From the human T2T-CHM13v2.0 reference genome, Homo sapiens: 64,000 nucleotides of DNA. Numbering within the stretch: the stretch's first letter is position 1; each line of letters starts with the position of its first letter. A program made the translations under genes and the position numbers. The stretch lies in assembly GCF_009914755.1 (NCBI RefSeq), contig NC_060931.1. The stretch is one strand, 5' to 3'. Positions 26,859 through 42,139 of the stretch are shown piece by piece. Under the pieces are notes generated by a model. It was not told where the DNA came from. It did no database searches and worked only from the letters and a program-made list of their open reading frames with translations.

Positions 26859-29800
26859 CTATGCAACGGGGTTGTTTTGAAAACAAACCAAAATAAAGTG
26901 TATGAAACACTACATGTTTGCTACCTCATATATCCTTCATAAATTATGCTAAACAATTAGCAGTTATTTGCATAATCCACTCACTACAAGTTTACAAAGG
27001 ACTTTTTAAAAATGAATCCTCAAAATTCCTCTCTGAGGCAAAAGTATTACCTTCACTTTAAAAATGAGTAGTGAGAATCAGAGAAGCTAAATGACGGGCC
27101 CAGAATACTACATGGGTGTGCCAGAAATAACACCTGGTCTTCTAATTCTAAGCCAGATGCCTATGCACAGCTGTGATCTAGAAAAAGTAATTTTCTCATT
27201 TCAGCATTGATTAGACCATGGAACTATCCACACTAGGAGAAAAACAGCTAATGGTATCTCTTTCCTTTTTCACAGTATCCGACTTTACATTGTAGAGAAA
27301 GCATTTCTAGGAAACATTTCTGTGATCAATATGGGACAATCCTAAAGTGACATCCATTTCCACAATAAATAGAAGGCAAACTAAGGACAATTTCTTCTTT
27401 GGAGTAGAAGACTTTGGGGCATAAGAAATATGATTTAAACTGGGTTAAGTTTATAAATAAGACCAGCTATAAATTATAATAAGAGTAAATGGATTTATAA
27501 ACATGTATATATTGACATGGGTATCTGTACCTATGTCAGTTTTCGAGAGCAAATTACACTTTTTCTCATTGAGCATGTACTAAATTGCAGAGTTCATCTG
27601 ATTCCAAAACTGCCTTGGAAAACTGGTTTACCTGTTATTTGAGATTCAAATACTAGCGGGGCAGGCAAAGGCAGTCCCCAGCTAGACCCATCCCCTGAGG
27701 ATAGTCAAATGCCCAGTCATCAGTGACAGCTGCTAATATTTTGTATAGTGGTGACTTGTGTGATACTGTCATTACTGAATAATAATAGTAACTATTTCAC
27801 AGCTTTCCTCCAGTTTCACACCATTTCCCCCAACAAGCTGAGTGACATCAGCATTAAAGCCTGGCATAACCCATACTATTCATCAATGAACTTGTGCTTC
27901 TTTCTAGACAGGAAAGGCACCAAGAAAGAATCATGCAGAAATATACATATATATTCATTAAATATAAAAACTTTATAATTCCTCCATGAAAACTTTATAC
28001 CTACTAGCTGAACTTTCCTAAAATATATTTCAAGGAGAGACAGCTATTACAATCATCAGAAAACTGTTTACATTTTTGTTTTAAAGGCATTTTTGTATGA
28101 CTGAAAACAGTAGGTATTATTCCTTTACGGCACCAAAAGGAAACTCCACATCTGCTTAGCATGAGATACTGTACAATTAGGGAAGGGAGAAGGAAAGAGG
28201 AGAGATTTAGCAGTAATATACCCTCTAAAAATAATCTCAGTTTGAAAAAATTACAGTGCTTTGTTCTAAGGACACATGAGGTTATAGTGACTTCATGATT
28301 GATTGTATTTAACTATCAAATTATCTATTTTACAACCCCCTTGTGTTAAATAGGGCTGATACAACTTATATGCTGTGCTCTACTTATATTATTATATTTC
28401 ACTCAATACTTAAAAATATTACCTTTTTAACAAAATATTTTCCTTCTTGGCGAAAGCTTGCTTAACGTACACACATAAACACACACACATTTACACACAT
28501 CTCTAATGGAACTGAGATATTTTATTACACTTTGACTTTCCAACTACTTTCCTATCCTTTCTTTGGTGTCTTTTCCATTCCTTAATTTTCCAATATTCTT
28601 ACAACCTCAAAACCTCAGATTTGTTTGCTTAGTTTGTGAGTTCATTGTATAGAACTTCAACATAAGTATAGTTGCTTTTTTCTGTTAATTGCCTTTGTTG
28701 AAGGTATGTTTTTGTTACTATGCAGTCCATATATAATTTCCACACTAAGATTCTGATTCTCCAGGAAGGTTGAAAATTGCAAATGCTCCCAAAACTACTG
28801 ACATCAGCCAATGAGTCTAATACCTCTCAGTGGATATTGGAATCATAGCTCCCCAATTGCCTGTCAGCTACAGAAGCCAGATACCACTGAGAAATCATAA
28901 TTATTATGCCCCAAGTGCCCGAGCTCACATTAGTTGTTAGTAGAGCTATCCTTAAAACAAAGACAGGAGTAGTTGAAATTATTATATGTGTATTTCTATT
29001 ACTGAATATTTGATGTAGTAGAGTTCTAGAGACCAAAGCCACTAAAGCTAATTTAAATTTATTTATAGAAAAACGAGCCAAATTGTGGGTATATAAATGG
29101 ACTGAATATATATTCTATGCTAAGGCTAACCATAAACCAAAGGAGTAATCCTCAGTCAAATAACTGGCATCAATTATTTTTCTCATATTTTTAGATATAA
29201 TGATTATGAGATCTACCTTGTCATGGGTTTGCTTTGCTGTGAAATCAAGATCATAGCAAAGGTAAAGCAACTGGGTTGTACCTTAAGGTATCACTTGGCA
29301 ACCTGTCTCCTACCCAGCTGGTAAACATTTCTGATTACCAATTCAATACCAGTAGGCCTTAACTTTGGCTGGAAATTAGAGTCATTTAAGGATCATTTAA
29401 GACCAGTTAAATCAAACATCTAGCGGTGGGGTCTGAGCTTCAGTAAAATGAAAAAGCTTCCCAGCTGAGTCAGGGCCAGACCTGCGGAAGCCATTCTCAT
29501 TCCATTATGGAAGGGCCAGGTGTTGCCAAGGCCACACACTTTGACATTCTAGTCCCCTGGATTCAATATATAAAACTTAGTGATATGTCCCTCAGCTGCT
29601 ATAGTGAATGGTATGTAGCTGTGCAAGGATTATAAACCTGAAACAAAATAATGATGCAAGACAATCCTTTTGAGCTTGTGAAACCCAACTCTAGCTTTCA
29701 GCTGGCTGAATGTGTTTCAAGCCAGGTATGGAGGTGCCAAAGGGTTAGCAGCCACAAGGAACAACTTTCCCTTCATATATTGGTTCAACACAGTAATCAC

Positions 29801-30090
29801 AATGAATAGAACTCAAGAGTAAAATGAATTCTGTCAATCAACCAGTCCTGTTGTCAGATAAATCATCATCACCTTTGAGGACAATAGCTTGGCCTTAATG
29901 GATCTTGAAGGGAAGCCAGACCATGAATATAGAGGCCCTGGAGGACACAAAGAGCTGAAGAAGGGAACCAAGAAAGAGGAGTTGGGGGTTCCATTAGAAT
30001 GACTTTCCAACATTAATTTTTTTCTGAGCTTATTATTATATGCAGGAATGACAAATACCTTGTAATCATTGAAAGTTAGCACTAAGGACC

Positions 30091-30560
30091 CGTGAAAGAA
30101 AAATAAATCTTGAGGTTCCCAAATCATTAAGCTAAAGGGAAAAGGCAAGCTGGGAAACGCTCAGGGCCAACCTGCCTCCCATTCTATTCAAAGTCACCCC
30201 TCTGCTCACTGAGATAAATGCATTATCTGATTGCCTCCTTTGGAGGGGCTAATCAGAAACTCAAAATAATGCAACCATTTGTCTCTTATCTACCTATGAC
30301 CTGGCAGCCCCCTCCCTGCATGAGTCTTCCCACTTTTGTTTTGAGTTGTCCCGCCTTTTCAAACTGAACCAGTGTTCATCTTACATATGTTGATTGATGT
30401 TTCATGTCTCTCCAAAATGTATAAAACCGAACTGCTCTGACCACCTTGGACACATGTCATCAGGACCTCCTGAAGCTGTGCCACGGGTGCGCGTCCTCAA
30501 CCTTGGCAAAATAAACTTTCTAAATTAACTAAGACCTGTCTCAGACATTCGGGGTTCACC
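30091..30560 (+). mobile_element. MER4A-type ERV1 solo LTR
   Basis: gtgaaagaaaaataaatcttgagg...aataaactttctaaatt...ggggttcac, with 4-bp TSD gacc. Confidence 0.88.
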
Positions 30561-31045
30561 GACCTATGATTTGATACTTAAACTGCTCAGCTTTTAAGTC
30601 TCTAAAATTCACATCTTAGCTCAGGAAGAAAAATATAACCTTACATAAAAAAATAGTCAATCAAACTTAAGATACCCAATTTGCCTACCCCAAATTCTTT
30701 TTCTGGCAGGCATAATTATATTTGGTTTTGTTAAGACTAAAACACACACACACAAATTGCACCTAGTTACAGATGTTCTAAATTGCATGGAACAACTTAT
30801 TCTTCTATTTTTGGTTCAGCTAATGAGCTTTCTCAAAGGAAATGACTACAATGAGTTAAAAGAAATCAAGTAAAATGTGATTTTTACTTTACAAATTAAC
30901 CATAATTACAAAACCAAATTAACAAATTTACAAATTAACCATAATATGTTGGAGTTAGAATAAGTTTGTGATAACATTAATAGCTCATATATACTAAAAT
31001 CCAATAGGCAATATTCCCACTGTACTTTTCTGTGAATTTCTTACT

Positions 31046-31360
31046 ACAGTTAAATCTTGGTAACTGTGAGTTCCATGTTCATGGATTCTACTAACCTCAG
31101 GGAAAATAAAAAGGATAATTGTGTCTACTGAACATGCACAGACTTTTTTTCTTGTTAATATTTCCTAAAGAATAAAATATGATAACTATTTACAAAACAT
31201 TTACATTGTATTAGATATTGTGAATAATCTAGAGATGATTTAAAGTATACATGCATAGGTTACATGCAAATACTATACCATTTCTTTTAAGGGATTGGAA
31301 TATCCCTGGATTTTGTATCTGACGGGGGTCCTGGAATGATGGATACCAAGTGATGACTGT
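31046..31360. mobile_element. MER2/Tigger-type DNA transposon
   Basis: catttacattgtattagatattgtgaataatctagagatgatttaaagtatac...ggataccaagtgatgactgta. Confidence 0.8.
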
Positions 31361-32032
31361 ATTTTCTTTTTCACTGGTAATATCAATTAAGGTGTATGTC
31401 TTGATGTAGTAGAGAATGTCCTGTTTTAGAGACCAGGACACTGGGTTCCAGGCTCTAGTTATAACTGCTATAATCCATTTTATACCTTCTGGTAAATCAT
31501 AAAACTGCTACTCTTTCAATTCTTTCTTCCTTTAAAACAGAGTGATACAACTTAACTCCTTCTGAAGATTTGTGAGACTAGTAAATAAATAAACTAAAAA
31601 ACACAAAGCTGGGAATGGAGGAGAACATTAGGCGAGGCAGCACAGAGATAAAAATAGATAAATCCAAGAATAATGACCTTGTGTCCAAAAGTAACCATTG
31701 TAGGAGACAAAATGAGAAAGACCAACCAGCAAGGTTAAGTAAGGCTCAAAAGCCAAAGTGATTCTGGAAAGAACATGAAGGCGGCTACTAGCTACTACAA
31801 TGGAACAGCTCTCCAGGTTGTTTCTGACGGCAAGGTTTCTCTTCCTCCCAACTACTGAGGACCACCTCTATGCTAATGTTTTCTTCTTTAATTAATTGTA
31901 CTGGTTGCCTCATAAACAATGTCTAATGCTGTCAAATAAGCAATTACAACAGACTTGCTTCACTCAATTGAGAAGTTAAACACATTTTTAGACTCTGAAC
32001 CAGATTTTTCTCCTTTGTTTGAAAACACTTAG

Positions 32033-32368
<336 letters not shown>

Positions 32369-32395
32369 ATATATTCCTTTTTAAATGACTTTATT

Positions 32396-32710
<315 letters not shown>

Positions 32711-35589
32711 CTATTTATTTAAGCTTTGCATCAAAATGGCATGTATAATCAAATTTTTATTTAAAAATTTCCATCGTCTCTATCTATGTATTCTTCCATT
32801 TGTGCAAGTGATCGAGTTGCCTGAGATGGTAATCTATCAATCATATTTATCTGCATATAAGATATTAGATGATCTACTACCTTTTTCTTTTGAATTTATA
32901 TATATATATTTTAATTAACCATTTATTATTTTTCAAAAAATTAAATCAGTCATTCCAAAACCACTATTCAAATATTTAAATATAGTCATATTTCTTATGG
33001 TGAAAATTCTCAAGAACCTACAAAACCTATTTATTTTAGTCACAGTGAGAAAATTAAAAAATGTGGAAACTCAGATTTTATCACTGACAATAATATATGG
33101 TCTCTGTCACAGCAGTCTACACATTTGTAAGCAAATTTGTTATCTGTGACAGTGCTGGAAACCTTGCATGGAATATGTTCACCAAAAAGAATGTGATTGG
33201 GTAACAAATGCAAGACAGCAGAACAAATCCTGTAACTGCTGCTTGGAAGCTATCCTTAGCCATACTTATTTTTTTTCATTATTTCAGTTGGCATTAACAA
33301 TCATATTCGGTATCCTCATTATTAAACTATCCAAATGTTAAGGCAATGTTTAATGTCTTCCAATTCATGGAAATCGCTTTGCCTGAAGGTGATGTTTAAA
33401 TTGCAGAAAAAGTAAACTGTAAGGTATTGAGAGTCTGTCTCATATAACTTTATGTTTCCTCTGAACAAAGAGCTTAGGCTCTTTAAAGCATAGAATAAGA
33501 TCAATTAATGTTTGAAGAATGAATAAATGGAAGAGGTGTGGGTCCTGCTTCCTTGAGTTCCTGGTGGGCTAAGAAAAACAATAATGAACTATATTCACCT
33601 CCTGTGTGATAGAGAGAGCATAGGCTTTTAAATTGGACAAATCTGGGCTTGAATCCTAATTTTGTCAGTTAGTAATATCGTTTATTATGCTAATTAGTCT
33701 TCCTGCCTACAAAGGGATCAATAACTGTCTTTGTGTGTAGGATTGTTGGGAAGATAAAATGAAATTGAGATGCAAATCCTGAATAACTCCTGGCACAGAA
33801 ATTATCAAATGGAATCTTTCTATTTTTTAATAAAGCCAGAGGAAGAGAGAATGATTGTATGATTTTTGGTTTACAAAACTAGATTGATGTGGGCAATATG
33901 ATCAAATACAGGGATTATAGGAGGGTTCAGGTTTGAAGGTGGAGATGGAGAAAGTAAGAAGTGATGGACAAATAGAGTCTCAACCTGTAAGAGTTGAATT
34001 TATGAGACTTGCGTATGGTCTAATTCAGGAGAAATGTCTTTATTGAAGGTACAAATTAAAGGATTATTTGCATTTTAGTGATTAATGAAGTCTTGGAAGT
34101 GGTGAACTAACCCAAGTAAAGAATTCACTTTTCTATGTTATTGGCAACTTTGATAAAATGGAAAAAGTCTCTGAAAACTTCTTAGATAAATCTTCTAAAT
34201 GTGTCATATTAAATATATAGGGTCTGAAAGAAAACCATTTATTAAAATATAATTACCAAAATATTTATAAACATATTTGAGTTATGATCATACATCTGCA
34301 TCTTTACTAACAACCTGAATAACAAGCTCTGTGTAAAATCAAACTACTATAACTTTAAACTAGTGATGGGTGTAAAAGGTATACTGAGTATCTATAATAA
34401 CGATCACATGATATCAACATACTCAATTTCTATCAGTGACAGATATACGTACTGTAATACTATTGTGGCTTCTTGTCTATATTCAAAATTTAAGTTATAA
34501 GTTAATAAAAATATAACATATATATATATATTTTTTTTTTTCTTAGCCAAGTTTCTAGGTACCTTGAATTCGAGGAACAACTTTGAGCCTATGAACCTTC
34601 AAGTTAAGAATGTTTGACTTGGAGTAACAGACCCTGGGGAGAATGAATTCTTCAGGGTGATATACAAGAGGAGGAGCTACCAGTGAAAGTACTTGGGGAG
34701 AAATAGTAGAAAAGAAAAATATTCAAGAGAACATAATATCTTGAAGTAAAGTTAGAATACAGTTATCTATCAGTAGGTGTTTGACAATGCAATGCAATGC
34801 TTGAAGGAGATCAAATAGAATAAAGGTTGAAAAGCAAATATTAAGTTTATCAATCAGGAAGTCACTGGTGTTTCCTTGATCCAGTCTCTACACAAGTACA
34901 CAAGAAGAACTCAATGCTCACTTTGAGTCCAAAATAGAATTTAAGAGATATTTAGTAAAGTAATTACTCAGGGAATTTTGACGATATACATGAGACTTAA
35001 TAGATATTTTGTAATACATTAAAATTAGAACAATTCAAAAGGTAAAAAAATGGATATTTTACATTACTGTGGTCTATACTAGGTCATACCACTTCACTGT
35101 GATAGTCAATTTTTTTTTTTAGATTAATAAGATTTTGATAGGATTTTGATGACAATAAGAAATTAACTTATTTCAGAACCTCTGAAACTAAAATTATAGG
35201 CAAATTTGGCATGCAACAAATCAGAAGGTGAAACATAGAACATAGTCCTGGTGTTTTTCATGAACTAAAGACAGAATTATTAAATGATAGTTAATTAATA
35301 AACAGGTAATAATGTCAAATTTGCAACATGCTAAGCAGTGTCCTAAATATTCCTATGGCATTAGTGTCTTTAAGCTAAATGTTGATAGCATCTGGAAACA
35401 TAGAGGAGAACAGTAGTCAAATTTTATATTTTTAACAATTAAAAATTAATTAAGTATGTATTACACGCAAATGAAAAAAAAACCCAGCACTGCAAAAGCG
35501 GCCCAGCATAAAGCTCTGTTTGTAAGTAACACAGTTTCTTCACAAAGACTACTTTTTTAAATGATTTATATTCTCAAGACATTTTCTAT

Positions 35590-36160
35590 GTATAGAAAAG
35601 CATATATACATAGATATTATATACCAATACATACACATATCCTTTTTATATTAAAAGAATATATTATAAACCTTTATCTACCTTCCACTTTTTACTTGAG
35701 AATATAGAGGTGAATTACATACCTTCTAAAAGTTATTGCATAGTAATCTTTCAAACGAATGTACACAGAAGAGAGAAATGATTTATTCAATCAGTGACCT
35801 ATGGGCAGTTAGGTTGCTTTTAGATTTTTATTGCAAAAAAAAATAGAAATAAAAAACAAAGAGCTACCATGCATGTCTTCACGTATGAAACATATCTACA
35901 AATCTATCCGTAGGCTAAATATTGAGCAGTAAAATTTCTGGTTAAAATCTAGATATCATATCACCCTCATCCATGGTCCTACCAAATTACTTTCCCACTT
36001 TCATTTTGTGTATGAAAATCCCTTCCTTCCCACATATTTATTCTGTGTACTATTAAACTTTGTGCTTTTGCCAAACTGATAAGGGAAAAATATCTCCTTG
36101 GTGTTTTTACTGCATTTATTTAGCCATGAATGGGGTCGAGCATCCTTTCAATATCTCACA
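35590..36160 (-). mobile_element. Old L1M fragment
   Basis: gggcagttaggttgcttt, ttttgccaaactgataaggg, gagcatcctttc resemble antisense L1ME 3' sequence. Confidence 0.55.
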
Positions 36161-37984
36161 ACTCTACCCCATATCTAGATGTCCAAAATAATCCTATGAA
36201 ATGCAGCTGTTCTAATTCTTCAGTTATTTCCACAAGTACAAACACACAACCCTATTAAAACGACTTCAGTAGAATGTTCAAGGCATAAAACTTCCTCAGT
36301 ACAATGTTCAAGCTCAACACAATTAGAGTCGATCTTGATTTCCCTCTTTCTCTCATATCCCACATGCTTTCTACAAACATATCTTTTACCCAGCATCTCA
36401 ACTCTTCTCAACATCTCTATAGATACACTTTAGTCCAAGTCATTATCAATTCTTGCCTGGATTATTGCAATAAATCCACCTAAAAGAGTTCATGTACTCA
36501 CCATTTCTACCAAGCGTTGTTTTCTCAATACCCACACTGAGGGCTCCTGTTAAAATGTAAACTGTATCAAATCCTCCCAAGTAAAAGCAGGAGTCCTTAT
36601 AATTGCCTCAAAACTCCACGTGATCAAGAGCTCTACAAGCCACACCTGCTGCTTTTCTACTACCATCAGGCCCAGGCTTACTTGCTGTGCTTCTGATGAG
36701 CCCATTAGGACCAGGAATTTCACATTTAAATTTTTCTTCTGAGGCAACTGAACAAATAAGGTTTGCAATGGAGGAGACTGAGAGATGTGCAGGTTGTTGA
36801 TGGTGGTGGATATTTCATTCAGAACTTTTGTTTTGCAATTGGGAGTTTGAAATATTTATTAGTTCATAGTAATACCATAACAGTAAGCTGATAAAAGTGG
36901 AAACACATGCTGATTTTTAAAAATATAGTCAAAGAATAAATAAATAAATGAAAGGTTATGTTGTTTCCAGAGGTGGTACAGCTTTTCACTGAGGAATTTT
37001 AGCCATGTCGCCTGATTCCCACCTCTAGTTTGAGGAATTCTGATATAAAGACCATGTGCATAACTATTCTAAGAAGGAAGTGTTAACAAAGGACCCTGAT
37101 AGATACTATACAAGGACAACCCGTTATAGGTGCACCAAAGCTTGTCAAGAGAATCCATAAACAGTTAAAATAGTTTTCTTTGATGACCCATTGAACTACC
37201 AAGAGGCAGAACACCCTGACTGGCCTCTTTGCCGGCTGCCAGCTAATATGAAAGGAAAAATAAATATTTTTATAAAAGCCATCTGTTGTGTTTTTTTCTT
37301 CTCTCTCTTATATTTCATATAAATTCTGCTATTTTTTTCCGTTGTTGCTTGAAAACAATGTATCAGTTGTTATATGTTACATACAAGTAAAAGAACTTCC
37401 TAACAACTACACATTTTAACATTATTCTTTGTGTTTATAATAATGGGAAACTTGGGCTTACTTTTCAAAAAATATCTTTATATATACTTCCTCATTTAAG
37501 TTTTTTTTGGAATATCAACTGCTCTTCTGAAAGGTCAACATGGGCCCAGATCCCTGCTGTTCATGGTGGGGCATCACATTTCCTCATTTGCTCTCTTGCA
37601 GAAGCTTTTAGTCCCATGGGAAACAGAGACCCAACAAAAATCTGTATCTAGTTTAGCTGTAGCTCAGTTTCTGGGAGCAGTGGGGCAATGCTTTATTTGT
37701 TCCTGCTCCTCTGTTATCCTACTTTGTACAGGTTTTGGGTATGGAGAATAAATGCATGCGGAAGTGATGATATGGTATACATGCTCAGCCTGTGTTTCCT
37801 TAAGATAGAAGACCAGAAACTGATAGAACTATCTCTTCATGAAAGACTTAATGAGATTTGCACCGATGAGTGGATCGAGAGCACACATAAGGCACCATTT
37901 GGGGGATGTTCAGTTACAAATGGAAGGTAATGTTAACAGACTCAATAGTGTGATAACAGATGTTAACAGCTGGCCCTGGGGGTT

Positions 37985-38423
37985 TGTGATGGTTAATACT
38001 GAATGTCAACTGGATTGGATTGAAAGATGCAAAGTATTGTTTATGGGTGTGTCTGCAAGAGTGTTGCCAAAGGAGATTAACATTTGCCTTTGTGGACTGG
38101 GAAAGGCAGACCCACCCTCAAGGTGGGTAGGCACAATCTAATCAGCTGCCAATGAGGCCAGAATAAAAGCAGGCAGAAGAACATGGAAAGATTAGACTGG
38201 CTTAGCCTACATCTTTCTCCCGTGCTAGATGCTTCCTGCCCTGGAACATCAGACTCCAGCTTCTTCAGATTTGGGAATCAGACTGGCTTCCTTGCTCCAC
38301 AGCTTGCAGACAGCCTATTGTGGGACCTCACCTTGTGATAATGCGAATTAACACTCCTTAATAAACTCCCCTTTGTATATACATCATCCTATCAATTCTG
38401 TCCCTCTAGAGAAACCTACTACA
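37985..38423 (+). mobile_element. MLT2A (HERVL) solo LTR
   Basis: tgtgatggttaatactgaatgtcaactggattggattgaaagatgc...ccctctagagaaacctactaca. Confidence 0.92.
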
Positions 38424-38446
38424 GGGGTGTAGCTCTATTTGCATAC

Positions 38447-38610
38447 CTAGGATCATGAGATTCTGTTTGTTTTTGAAAACTTTTAATTTGCTTGAAATTC
38501 CATGTTGGAGAATTCTGCAATTGAACTTCCAGGAGAACTTTTTCTGATATAGATGACATGGACTGGAAAAAGCACTTTGATAAATTAGCCAACAAAATGC
38601 AATCACAAAT
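38447..38610 (-). pseudogene. Candidate 3' pseudo-exon
   Basis: Acceptor ccagatttttag and donor TAG|gtatgc. Two of three frames are open (one reads LIYQSAFSSPCHLYQKKF). Membership in the same gene is inferred from position and strand only. Confidence 0.3.
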
Positions 38611-40151
38611 CTAAAAATCTGGATCATTTTAAAATGAACACGGTATCTAGATGCCAGTAGAAACTAGTAGTGTATATGAAGAAAAAATGGTAAGAAATAA
38701 GGAAGAAGGTAAAGAGGGACTAGGGTGGAAGAACATGGATGAGATAATTTGGAAATTGTTCACAAAAGTGTTTCATTGGGTGAAATGAAATAGAAAAACA
38801 TAGAAGAGAAAAAAATGTCATATTCATCACATAATTAAGTTTGCTTTAGTATCAATACATTTGGAAGAACTGGATAATGCTATAATAAAGAAGTAGGCTG
38901 ATGTTCACACTCTGCATTAAAATATATAAAAGCTTGTTAAAAGATAGTTGCAATAATTCTAAAAATAATATACTAGGGAAATTGATTAAGTCTCTTTGGA
39001 CAACTAGTCAAGATTTTTTTAAACTTTTAAATGAAATGACCAAATAACCATTTACTTGGAATAAGAAAATAGTCATAAGTGATGTGTGAGTAATCACAAT
39101 TTCCTGAATATATCCTCACTTTTATTTTGATTGCTCACTAGATCATTCTTTTTCCCTTTATGTTTCTTTCATAAATTGCCTTAGAATTTTTATAAAGAGT
39201 TTTGAATCTAGATTAAATCTCTCATTATCAAACAGCTCTAAGAAAATAAAGATACAATTTTAAGATACTTGCAAATATCTCTTGAAGCCCATTTTTAAAA
39301 AGTATATTCCACTTTTTTAGTTTCTATCTGAAGCTTTTTAAATAGATGGCATATTTCCAAAGCAATGAATTTTGAAATGAATTATTCAGTAGTGTATTCA
39401 GAAATTACATGCTTACTGTTTATTCTTATTTCAGTTACTGCAGGTTCTTAAATAATGTTGGCATATAAGTAACATTGAGAACCCTAAACTAAAAGATGTA
39501 TATGCCATCTAGAAAAACACTCTAATAATAAATTCTAATGAATACCCAGGGGGTTATTTTCTACATAAAAGAGAAAAGTGTATCATTTGGATATTTTTAC
39601 CCATGACTGACATAGCCAAGGAAACATAAAAATAAACACAATAAACAAATGAATAATGGGAAAATAATTAAGATCTTACAGAATATTATATGGAGCTCAA
39701 CAATACAAGCTAAGAAACAAACAGGATAACAACAGTTGAGGGTTAAGACAGATTTACATATCCACATACGTCAGCAAGTCTTTGCTATTATACTAGAGTG
39801 TTCTGCATGTGTAGCTGACAGAACTAAATTAAGAGTTAGTGAGACATCTATGAGGATTAGAATAAATGGAAACAGGAGTATAACTACGCAGCCCAAATAC
39901 AAAACATGAGATGAAAATTATTCGGAAGAATGGAGAACAAAAAAAAAAATTAGAAAAGATAGAATTTGATACAAGGATACAGTGGTAGTTTCATAATATA
40001 AAATAAAATTACATTGAAGTATTTTAGAATTACTAGGTTAAATTGATGGATTAATATATGTAGAAATCACTATAGACTTCACTTTTCCTTCTCAATTTTT
40101 ACTTTATTTAAGAGGATGAAGACCAAGTAATTTAAATTCTTTTAATCTTAC

Positions 40152-40325
40152 CTCCTCTAAATCTCTGGATATCATCATCATTCCATTCTAAGAAAGTTGT
40201 TTTTCTTCTTTCTTTTTTATCAGCCCTTTCATCTGTATATCTCACACATTTTCTGTCTTTCATAACTTCTCATCAGTTTCTGAAACTCCACCCTTTAAGG
40301 TTCTGAGGTTTTTCTTTCTTTAAAA
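40152..40325 (-). pseudogene. Candidate pseudo-exon with intact splice sites (174 bp)
   Basis: Acceptor tttatggtttcctag and donor GAG|gtaaga. Purine-rich; length is a multiple of 3. Frames RVEFQKLMRSYERQK and ADKKERRKTTFLEWNDDDIQRFRG contain or are separated by stops. Confidence 0.45.
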
Positions 40326-41571
40326 CTAGGAAACCATAAACTATAAAACTATCATTTTTTCCTCAAAAACTGCTTATTATTTTTTCTCTGTATCATTGAA
40401 TTTTAAATATAAGTATAAAATTCTAAAATGTCTGTAATATGAGCACACTAAATTTAACAACCTAAGAAAAAATCAATTAAAAATTTGTGCAAAAATATAG
40501 TACATTACAAAACACAGAAAGTAAATAAAATTTAAAAAATGTATTCACAATTTAAATCTGTAGTTAGTAAATCAATAAAATTATTCTGATTGCCTCTTAA
40601 AAATATAATTGATTCAAATTAATTTAAAAGATTTTTTTCTTTTTAACTATATCAGCCTTTACTGACCAGTCATTGTTCAAAAGATGTAACTTACTTCCGG
40701 TAACACTGTAAGCAGTTTTAGAAATAGAGCACTAGATGTCATCTAAAATTGATTAGAAAAACAAAACAAACCAACCACAGAACAGTTCACAGGAGAACAG
40801 TTCACAGGAGAGCTTAGAGAGCAAAGCCTTTACCAAATTATCAGAATAAATCACAAGTTAATCTTCCTGTAAAAAAGAGTTAAGTAGAGTGGTCTGAGCC
40901 ATTGATAATATACCTTCTCAGTTGCTGCCCTGTATACTCCGTAATAATGTAAACTGATCCCCTTTCCCGATTGGGATAGAAAATAACTCATTTACTATAT
41001 CTGTGGCTATGTACCACATACCTAAGACACATTAATCTGCTCTAGCAATAAACTACATGAGCATGGGTGCAGGTCTACTTCTTGGAGGGGTTTGGTAGTC
41101 TAGTTATACTTGAAGATCTATCTAGCTTCTGCAGAAACCATACTTACTAATGTAATGGAAATATATAATAGAGACAACTGCCACGGTATTTTTAAAAATA
41201 TTTCTGCTAATATCCTCATAGAGATAATGGCTGGAGTATAATTCAGATAATTCGACTTGTTTTTTGCTACTATGATAGCCCTTAATCTACAGGCTAAGAA
41301 ACCAATATAGTGGTTACTCCAGCTGTGGTATGTGTCTGTAGCAATTCTACATTCCAGAATTTTGGAAATGGCCCCTAGTTGGGTCTATAGACACAGTGGA
41401 TCTACCATAAACTCAACCTCAACCAGACTCTACATATTACCTAAGCCCTTCATCCCCCAACTAGAATAACATTTCAGATTGCTAAATATGTATGTTAACT
41501 CGTTGTTCCCCCATGTGGAGTTACCCTAGTAAATTCCATAGGTCTCACTGGAAAAAATCTGGGTGTTTTAT

Positions 41572-42075
41572 AAGATTTAATGACAATTTTGATGGTGGAA
41601 CACAACACGATGACACCACAGATGCCATTGATGAAACTGTAGATGAAACTATAAATAAAACTGCAGGTGAAGGCGAACTCTTTGTTGCTTACAGCTTCAT
41701 ACAAAGCAAGGCTGCAGGAAGAGCCACACAGGGGGTTGCACCAGTGACATTGTAACAGCAAGCTCGGGCTCTACAGGGCAGCTTACCTACAGCAAGTGTG
41801 GTAGGGTTAGTTAGGTTTTCTGGGCTCTCTCTAGATTGGCTAATTTGAATGATTTTGCAGGCTCTGGATCATAGGTGTTGTCCCTAATTGTCTGTCATCT
41901 GGCTCTGGGACAATTAGGGACTGAATAGTGGCCCAGAGTTTAAGAGCCTAGTAAGGACAGTGGTTGGCATATGAACTTAAATCAGCTTCTCAAGAAGGGA
42001 TACTGACCAGAGCTTCAAAAGTGGGTCAAGAAAGCTTTTTTTAAAACATGAAAACAAAAACCCAGAACAACAAAG
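41572..42075 (-). mobile_element. Nested ERVL LTR (MER74/MER76-like)
   Basis: agattggctaatttgaatgattttgcaggctctgg...aattaggg; interrupts the ERVL internal sequence. Confidence 0.55.
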
Positions 42076-42079
42076 CAAA

Positions 42080-42085
42080 CACACA

Positions 42086-42135
<50 letters not shown>
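42080..42135. repeat. (CA)n microsatellite
   Basis: Run of more than 20 CA units read directly. Confidence 0.98.

Positions 42136-42139
<4 letters not shown>

Noticed and set aside
41492-41755. Acidic repetitive peptide DDTTDAIDETVDETINK
   Set aside because: Arises from short tandem gatgaaact units within the nested LTR rather than from a captured gene.
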